A DNA stretch of 21,270 nucleotides from Candidatus Micrarchaeia archaeon (GTDB lineage: Archaea; Micrarchaeota; Micrarchaeia; Micrarchaeales; CABMGC01): positions 1-21,270 of the forward strand of contig JBMFWW010000012.1 in the NCBI GenBank assembly GCA_049964835.1, written 5' to 3'. The notes under the pieces were generated by a model. That model was given only the letters and a program-made list of their open reading frames with translations. It did not search any database and was not told where the DNA came from. Positions within the stretch are counted from its first letter, which is position 1. Every line of letters starts with the position of its first letter. The position numbers and the translations under genes were made by a program. Of the stretch, positions 16,178-21,270 are shown in pieces.

Positions 16178-17008
16178 TCACAAAAATACTTTGGCTATTA
16201 CAAAAACTATTATTAGTATTATTACTAAAAGTATTATTATTTCCCATTTTTTCTTCTCGCTTTTTAGACCAGATGACATATTTTGACTTTGCGTAGTACT
16301 AGTTCCAACATTAGGATTAATTATATTACTACTTTGAGCTTGAGATTGTTGTTCTATATTCATATTAGGGGCTGTTTGCGCAGAAGGTCCAGGATTTGTA
16401 GTTTTAGTTGAATCCCACGCTCCTCCAACTTGGTTTTGCATTACGCTATTTATACTACTTGCTGCTCTTGAGAGAGTATTACCCTGGGCTTGAGGTGCAC
16501 TAGGCATATTTTGATTTTGAGATTGGACTTGTCCTTGTTGTATTGGTTGATTTGTATCTGCTTTTACCTTAAGAAAGCCTTTTTCAGTAAGCATTAGTTC
16601 TATAGAACCATTCTTTATTTCATATGTTAAAAAACCTTGTTTGTTTAGCTTGAAAATTCTAAAAGCTAGATCCTTTGGTCTTATGTTTAATGTGCTTTGA
16701 AGCTCGTTTGGAAGACGCTTTCCGCCAGATAACTGACTCAGAACGCTATCATCTAGCTTATCAAAAGGAGCATTAGTATGATCTGTGGCTTCTTTTATTA
16801 GAGCAGTTCCTTGCTCAGTTATATTCATAGCATTAGGTCCAGGATAATTTGCGGAAAACTCTATTAGTCCTTTTTGTTTTAAAGTTCCGGCTATATTTGA
16901 AGCATCAAAAATACTTGAGTTTATAAGTCCACCCAGCTTTTCCAGAGGAGTGTTTGTTGGTATTTTTGTAAGTACAGCTAAGTCTAGAAAATTTATTTCA
17001 TCAGGCAT
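16178..17008 (-). CDS. Hypothetical protein: two tandem winged-helix-like repeats, a Gln/Asn/Ser-rich linker and a C-terminal TM anchor
   Basis: Repeats LD..VL...L...KGLI...ITEQG and LD..VL...L...QGFL...LTEKG; low-complexity linker; KKKW followed by about 19 hydrophobic residues at the C-terminus. Start refined to ATG 17008 because the longer ORF overlaps the divergent gene. Confidence 0.8.
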   Translation of the reverse strand: MPDEINFLDLAVLTKIPTNTPLEKLGGLINSSIFDASNIAGTLKQKGLIEFSANYPGPNAMNITEQGTALIKEATDHTNAPFDKLDDSVLSQLSGGKRLPNELQSTLNIRPKDLAFRIFKLNKQGFLTYEIKNGSIELMLTEKGFLKVKADTNQPIQQGQVQSQNQNMPSAPQAQGNTLSRAASSINSVMQNQVGGAWDSTKTTNPGPSAQTAPNMNIEQQSQAQSSNIINPNVGTSTTQSQNMSSGLKSEKKKWEIIILLVIILIIVFVIAKVFL

Positions 17009-17090
17009 ATAATCAAGTATTAAATACATACAAACAAATAAAAAGATTATTACATATTTAGTAGCAATTATTAATACATGTAGTGATTTT

Positions 17091-18341
17091 TTGGAATTGA
17101 GTTTTTTAGGGGGAGCAGGAGAGGTTGGAAGATCAGGCATACTTTTACGTGGTGAAAAGAAGCTATTATTAGATTACGGAGTAAAAATAAATGGTAAGAT
17201 AGAGTATCCGCTACCAGCAGGAAACATAGATGCTTTTATTCTCAGCCACGCCCATTTGGACCATTGCGGTGATGCTCCTTCTCTATATCATTATGGATCA
17301 CCACCAACATTTGGTACTCCGCCAACATTAAAACTTGCAGAGATACTTATACAAGATTCAATAAAAATAAATATTAAAAACCACACTAAATTAAGATACA
17401 ACAAGAAGGATGCACAGCATTTTTCAAATAAATACTTCTCTTATGATTACAAATCAAGAATAGAGTTTGGAGATTACAACATAGAGTTTAGTGATGCAGG
17501 ACATATATGTGGTAGCGCTATAACAAAAATAGAAAATAGTAAAAATGGTAGAACTCTTGTTTATACTGGAGATTTGAAGGTTTCGCCACAGCTATTGCAT
17601 AAGGGTGCAGATATTGTTCATGGAGATACACTTATAATAGAATCAACCTATGGTTCAAGAGACCACCCTGACAGAAACACACTAGAAAAACTTTTTATAG
17701 AAAATATAAAGGAGGTTATAGAAAATAACGGTATTGCACTTCTTCCGGTTTTTGCCGTTGGAAGATCACAGGAAATGATTGCATTATTGGAAAAACATGG
17801 GTTAACTGATGTGACATATATAGATGGGATGTCAAGAAAGGCTACGGGAATTGTAATGGATCATCTTGAATATATACAAAATTATGATTTGCTCTCCAAA
17901 GCGGTTGAGAAAATCAATCAAATAGTTAAACCTCATGATAGAGTAGAGGCTTTGCATAGTGGCAATATAGTAGTAACTACCGCTGGAATGTTAAACGGAG
18001 GCCCAGTATTAGATTATATTACAAGACTTAACAATAATTCAATGATATTTTTGACAGGATATCAAGCTGAAGATACAAACGGAAGAAAGTTAATGGACCA
18101 TAAGCCGTTAGATATAGATGGTAAAAAGTTCCATGTCAAAAATCCATTTGCATTTTATGATTTTTCAGCTCATGCCGGACAAGCAGATCTTTATAAATAT
18201 ATAAAGGAATCTTCTCCTGAGGAAGTAATATGTGTACATGGAGATGAAGAGAGTTCTGTGGCATTAAAGGAATGGCTTGAACTTGAAGGATATAAAGCTC
18301 ACGCACCAAAAACCGGAGAAAAAATAAAAATAGATATGTAA
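17091..18341 (+). CDS. MBL-fold beta-CASP ribonuclease (CPSF-like, no KH domains; aCPSF2-like)
   Basis: LGGAGEVGRS, LDYG, SHAHLDHCG, AGHICG, YTGD, ESTYG, FAVGRSQE, GYQ, SAH, VHG; TTG start with GTGA SD. Confidence 0.92.
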   Translation: MELSFLGGAGEVGRSGILLRGEKKLLLDYGVKINGKIEYPLPAGNIDAFILSHAHLDHCGDAPSLYHYGSPPTFGTPPTLKLAEILIQDSIKINIKNHTKLRYNKKDAQHFSNKYFSYDYKSRIEFGDYNIEFSDAGHICGSAITKIENSKNGRTLVYTGDLKVSPQLLHKGADIVHGDTLIIESTYGSRDHPDRNTLEKLFIENIKEVIENNGIALLPVFAVGRSQEMIALLEKHGLTDVTYIDGMSRKATGIVMDHLEYIQNYDLLSKAVEKINQIVKPHDRVEALHSGNIVVTTAGMLNGGPVLDYITRLNNNSMIFLTGYQAEDTNGRKLMDHKPLDIDGKKFHVKNPFAFYDFSAHAGQADLYKYIKESSPEEVICVHGDEESSVALKEWLELEGYKAHAPKTGEKIKIDM

Positions 18342-18447
18342 TATTTTACTCAGTAAAGAACTAATTGATTCATAAAATCAATTTATAGCATACGAAAATA
18401 AGAAATAAAAATAAGAATAAATAAAAAATAAAAGAAATATTAGAAAA

Positions 18448-18801
18448 TTATATCTCTTCTTCTGATTCTTCGTCTGCTTGCTCTTCTGAAGCCTGAACTT
18501 CTCCGGATCCTTTTTCTATTACTTCGATTTTTCCGTACTTTCCTGTAGATAGTTGAGGTGTTCCTCTAAACTCTCCAACATAACCATTTGTTACTTTTAC
18601 TTTATCTCCTACTTCGATAGTATTTATGTCATTTCCCCAAAGAGAGATAGCTATGCTTCCAGTATCGTCTTTTAAAACCGCATTAGCAACATTTAATCTT
18701 TTTCCGTATTTTGTTACTACTTCTCTAGGTTCAGATTTCTCTGAAACTACTGCTTCTATTTGAACATTTGATGCTCCTGCTTTCAATTCGCTTATATTCA
18801 T
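18448..18801 (-). CDS. ssb: Single-stranded DNA-binding protein: one OB fold plus an acidic C-terminal tail
   Basis: I.ELK.G, DDTGSI.ISLW, GD.V...NGYV.EFRG..QL..GKYG.IE; tail EEQADEESEEEI; GGTGA SD. Confidence 0.88.
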   Translation of the reverse strand: MNISELKAGASNVQIEAVVSEKSEPREVVTKYGKRLNVANAVLKDDTGSIAISLWGNDINTIEVGDKVKVTNGYVGEFRGTPQLSTGKYGKIEVIEKGSGEVQASEEQADEESEEEI

Positions 18802-18863
18802 CGATTCACCAATAAGAATATAGAATACTCTATTACTTTAATAGATTTAAATAAAAAAATATA

Positions 18864-19190
18864 TTAAGCTTTGTCTTTTTGGTATGATTTTCTTATAAAA
18901 TCAGATATTGAATTTATTGTTCCGGATGTTTTAATTGTATAGAAGCCTATTTTTAGATTCGGATCTTTTATGAAAGCTGCGCCTAAAATCACATTTTTCT
19001 CTGAACCTCTATTCACCTGTATAAGAAACATGTTGTCAAGATATGTTTTTACTATTTTAGGATTTGCATTTGCATACTCCTTCGAACCAATAAAAGTATG
19101 TAAATTTGAATAGAAGTAATCCATTATATTTTCATTAAGTTTAGTACTGCACTCCATAAGTATATATCTGTTTTTTCTTTTTGTTATCAA
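18864..19190 (-). CDS. rnp2: Ribonuclease P protein component 2 (Rpp14/Pop5)
   Basis: KRKNRYI at the N-terminus, a central F.G and C-terminal TSGTI; TTG start overlaps the upstream TGA. Confidence 0.82.
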   Translation of the reverse strand: MITKRKNRYILMECSTKLNENIMDYFYSNLHTFIGSKEYANANPKIVKTYLDNMFLIQVNRGSEKNVILGAAFIKDPNLKIGFYTIKTSGTINSISDFIRKSYQKDKA

Positions 19191-19705
19191 ATATAAAACC
19201 TTTTTTCATTGGACAGAACAGTTTTTGTTAGTTTTATTTCATCACATACAAAAGAAACTATTGATAAAAACTGACTTGATGATATTAATTCGTAGTTTTC
19301 CTTTGCAAATGTTGCAAATTTTGTATTTAAACCATATATTTTAGAATTTTTGAGAAGAGTTCTTATTTTACTCAAATTCCTTGGCAGCTCACTTCTCCTG
19401 TTATTTGTAAGCAAAGAGATGTTTATAAAAATCAATTTCTCTGAAGAGCTTAATTGTTCAAGAATTTTTTTCATCAGTATATTCTCTTTAAATAGTATTC
19501 CTATACATTTTTCATCTCTTATAGCTTTTTTAATTTCATTCTCATCAGATGAAATTAGTATGTATTTTAAAACTGAATTTTGTTTTGTTTTTTCTAAAAG
19601 CAAAATGTCTTTGCTTGTATAAATTTTATTAAAACCAAGCCTTTCGGTAACTGTTTTGTCTATTTTGTCAATACATACAATATCAAAAAGTTTCATGTAA
19701 AACAT
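19187..19705 (-). CDS. rnp3: Probable divergent ribonuclease P protein component 3 (Rpp30-like)
   Basis: FD....RLGF N-terminus, IN...L....R...L..IR....K.....FA....EL.S pattern; coupled to Pop5. The similarity is weak and judged by eye. Confidence 0.55.
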   Translation of the reverse strand: MFYMKLFDIVCIDKIDKTVTERLGFNKIYTSKDILLLEKTKQNSVLKYILISSDENEIKKAIRDEKCIGILFKENILMKKILEQLSSSEKLIFINISLLTNNRRSELPRNLSKIRTLLKNSKIYGLNTKFATFAKENYELISSSQFLSIVSFVCDEIKLTKTVLSNEKRFYI

Positions 19706-20808
19706 TATTTCTCGTATATTAATGTTATTATGTCTTGGTCTTTTAATACATGTTCTTTTCCAACCCTCTGATTTTCAAACTTTACACTTTTCCCTGAAAC
19801 ATAAGCATACTTTAGATTATTTACTTTTTTTGTATGGAGGCTTTTTGCTGCTGTTAAAACTGTGCTTTCTTTTTTAAGAATGAGTGGATTTTCTAAATCT
19901 GGATTACCGGTTTTAGGTTTTAGGTATATGCGCATTATACTTAATTTATGGAATATTGCATTTTTTGCCTCTTCTAGATTTAATCCTTTACCCGCACTTA
20001 TTGGAACTACTTTCATTTGGGTTGTTTTTTCAAGCTCAGATACAAGTGGTAAAACATAAGATTTATCTACAGTGTCTATTTTGTTTAAGAGAACTATTGC
20101 ATCTACATAGGTTATAGAATCATCTAGAAAATCAGATAAATCTTCTAGAGTACAATCTTGGTGGAATATAACATTTGCATTGAATATTTTATACTCGTTT
20201 AATATTTCGATTATGCTTCTCTTATCAGGAACTTTATGTTTATTTGATTCTACATTAATTCCTCCGGCTTTAAGTTTTTCTACTCTTATTTTAGGTCTTG
20301 TTAAATTTACCCGTATATCCAATGAATATAGTTCGTCTAATAATTTGTAAATTTGATCAGGAGCATTAATATCAACCATAAAAACTATGAGATCGGCAAC
20401 CCTTATTACGCTTACAATCTTCCTTCCGCCACCTTTGCCTATACTTGCACCTTCTATTAATCCAGGAACATCAAGAATTTGTATTTTTGCACCGTTGTGT
20501 ATGAGCATGCCAGGAACAACAGTAAGTGTTGTAAATGCGTAATCTGCAACCTTTGATTCAGCATCTGTTACCATTCCAAGAAAAGATGATTTTCCCGCAT
20601 TTGGAAAACCTACTAATGCAACAGTCGCATCCCCAGTTTTTTTTACTGCAAATCCTATTCCTCCCGAACCTTTTTTTTCGCTAAGCTCTTTCGTAATTCT
20701 AGCTATCTTTTTTCTTAAAATACCTAAATGTTTATTTGTGGCTTTGTTGTACTTTGTCTTTGAGTACTCGTATCTTAGCTGCTCTAACTTTTCTTCTAAA
20801 CCAGGCAT
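19705..20808 (-). CDS. DRG/OBG-family GTP-binding protein with a TGS domain
   Basis: KYNKAT..H.G.L, GFAVKKTGDATVALVGFPNAGKS, YAFTT, DVPG, NKID, QRVG.EH.L.D.DI. Confidence 0.95.
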   Translation of the reverse strand: MPGLEEKLEQLRYEYSKTKYNKATNKHLGILRKKIARITKELSEKKGSGGIGFAVKKTGDATVALVGFPNAGKSSFLGMVTDAESKVADYAFTTLTVVPGMLIHNGAKIQILDVPGLIEGASIGKGGGRKIVSVIRVADLIVFMVDINAPDQIYKLLDELYSLDIRVNLTRPKIRVEKLKAGGINVESNKHKVPDKRSIIEILNEYKIFNANVIFHQDCTLEDLSDFLDDSITYVDAIVLLNKIDTVDKSYVLPLVSELEKTTQMKVVPISAGKGLNLEEAKNAIFHKLSIMRIYLKPKTGNPDLENPLILKKESTVLTAAKSLHTKKVNNLKYAYVSGKSVKFENQRVGKEHVLKDQDIITLIYEK

Positions 20809-20861
20809 TCTCTCACATATATATAATTATAAAGATTTTTATTTCTGAGTAAGTTAAAGAA

Positions 20862-21269
20862 TTAGCCTTTTTCTTTTAAAACCTCGTCTAATGCCTTTTT
20901 AACTACAACATCTTTTTTTTCTTCAGAGCTTAATATATCAAATAAAATAGAGGGATTTGCCTTAAGTTCGTATTTATTTGAAGATAATTTTTCAAGAAAT
21001 ACAGAAACTCCAAAATCGTGTATTGACATATTTTCGACCATACCTGATCTAAGCTCTTCTGCTTGATCAGATTTTGTTTCTTCTATACCAGATTTAGAAA
21101 CCTCTATTATTGCCAAATCTTTTTCTGTTGAAGAAATATCTTGCAGATTAAGATCAATAGATTTAAATCCTTCTTTTAGTTTACCTGATATTTCTACTTT
21201 TATTATTGGTTTAATATTCGTTTTATTCTCGTTTATTTTTTTCTCTATTAATTTGTTTAGTTCCTCGCT
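20862..21269 (-). CDS. mre11: 3' part of a probable Mre11/SbcD DNA repair nuclease (gene starts beyond the window)
   Basis: The frame is open from the window edge: SEELNKLIEKKINENKTNIKPIIKVEISGKLKEGFKSIDLNL..., resembling the Mre11 capping domain followed by a helical tail. The nuclease motifs are not visible. The 84-aa ORF in the track is only its tail. Confidence 0.55.
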   Translation of the reverse strand, partial: SEELNKLIEKKINENKTNIKPIIKVEISGKLKEGFKSIDLNLQDISSTEKDLAIIEVSKSGIEETKSDQAEELRSGMVENMSIHDFGVSVFLEKLSSNKYELKANPSILFDILSSEEKKDVVVKKALDEVLKEKG

Positions 21270-21270
21270 T

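Noticed and set aside
17009..17140. N-terminal 44-aa extension, including an apparent TM helix, of the 320-aa ORF
   Set aside because: It overlaps the divergent beta-CASP gene and spans the AT-rich promoter spacer; ATG 17008 starts right at the first wHTH repeat.
18363..18447. AATTGATT/AATCAATT hairpin and A-rich short repeats between the beta-CASP gene and ssb
   Set aside because: Adequately explained as ordinary convergent terminator sequence of low complexity.

Overview
AT-rich archaeal chromosomal segment, mostly housekeeping genes. Gene content, GGTGA-type Shine-Dalgarno use and an intron-containing tRNA-Ile(UAU) suggest a DPANN archaeon, probably Micrarchaeota (inference). In order: a decayed IS transposase fragment at the left edge; a small membrane protein; the adkA-EMC3/TMCO1-rpl34e-cmk-rpl14e cluster; a thermosome subunit; a repeat-containing surface protein; a TBP homologue with only ONE of the two TBP repeats; a GT4 glycosyltransferase and AglB with an extra N-terminal module; a geranylgeranyl-reductase-family flavoprotein; tRNA-Ile(UAU) with a 38-nt BHB intron; SRP54; an unannotated 25-aa Lys/Ser-rich ORF with full expression signals; ADP-forming acetyl-CoA synthetase alpha/beta, downstream of a tail-anchored tandem winged-helix protein; a beta-CASP ribonuclease; single-OB SSB; RNase P Pop5 and Rpp30-like subunits; a DRG GTPase; and the 3' end of a probable Mre11. 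The most notable items are the half-TBP with nearby symmetric TATA elements, the membrane-anchored tandem wHTH protein, the basic microprotein, tRNA-Ile(UAU) and a probable CUG start for cmk. All calls come from reading motifs by eye; no searches were run.
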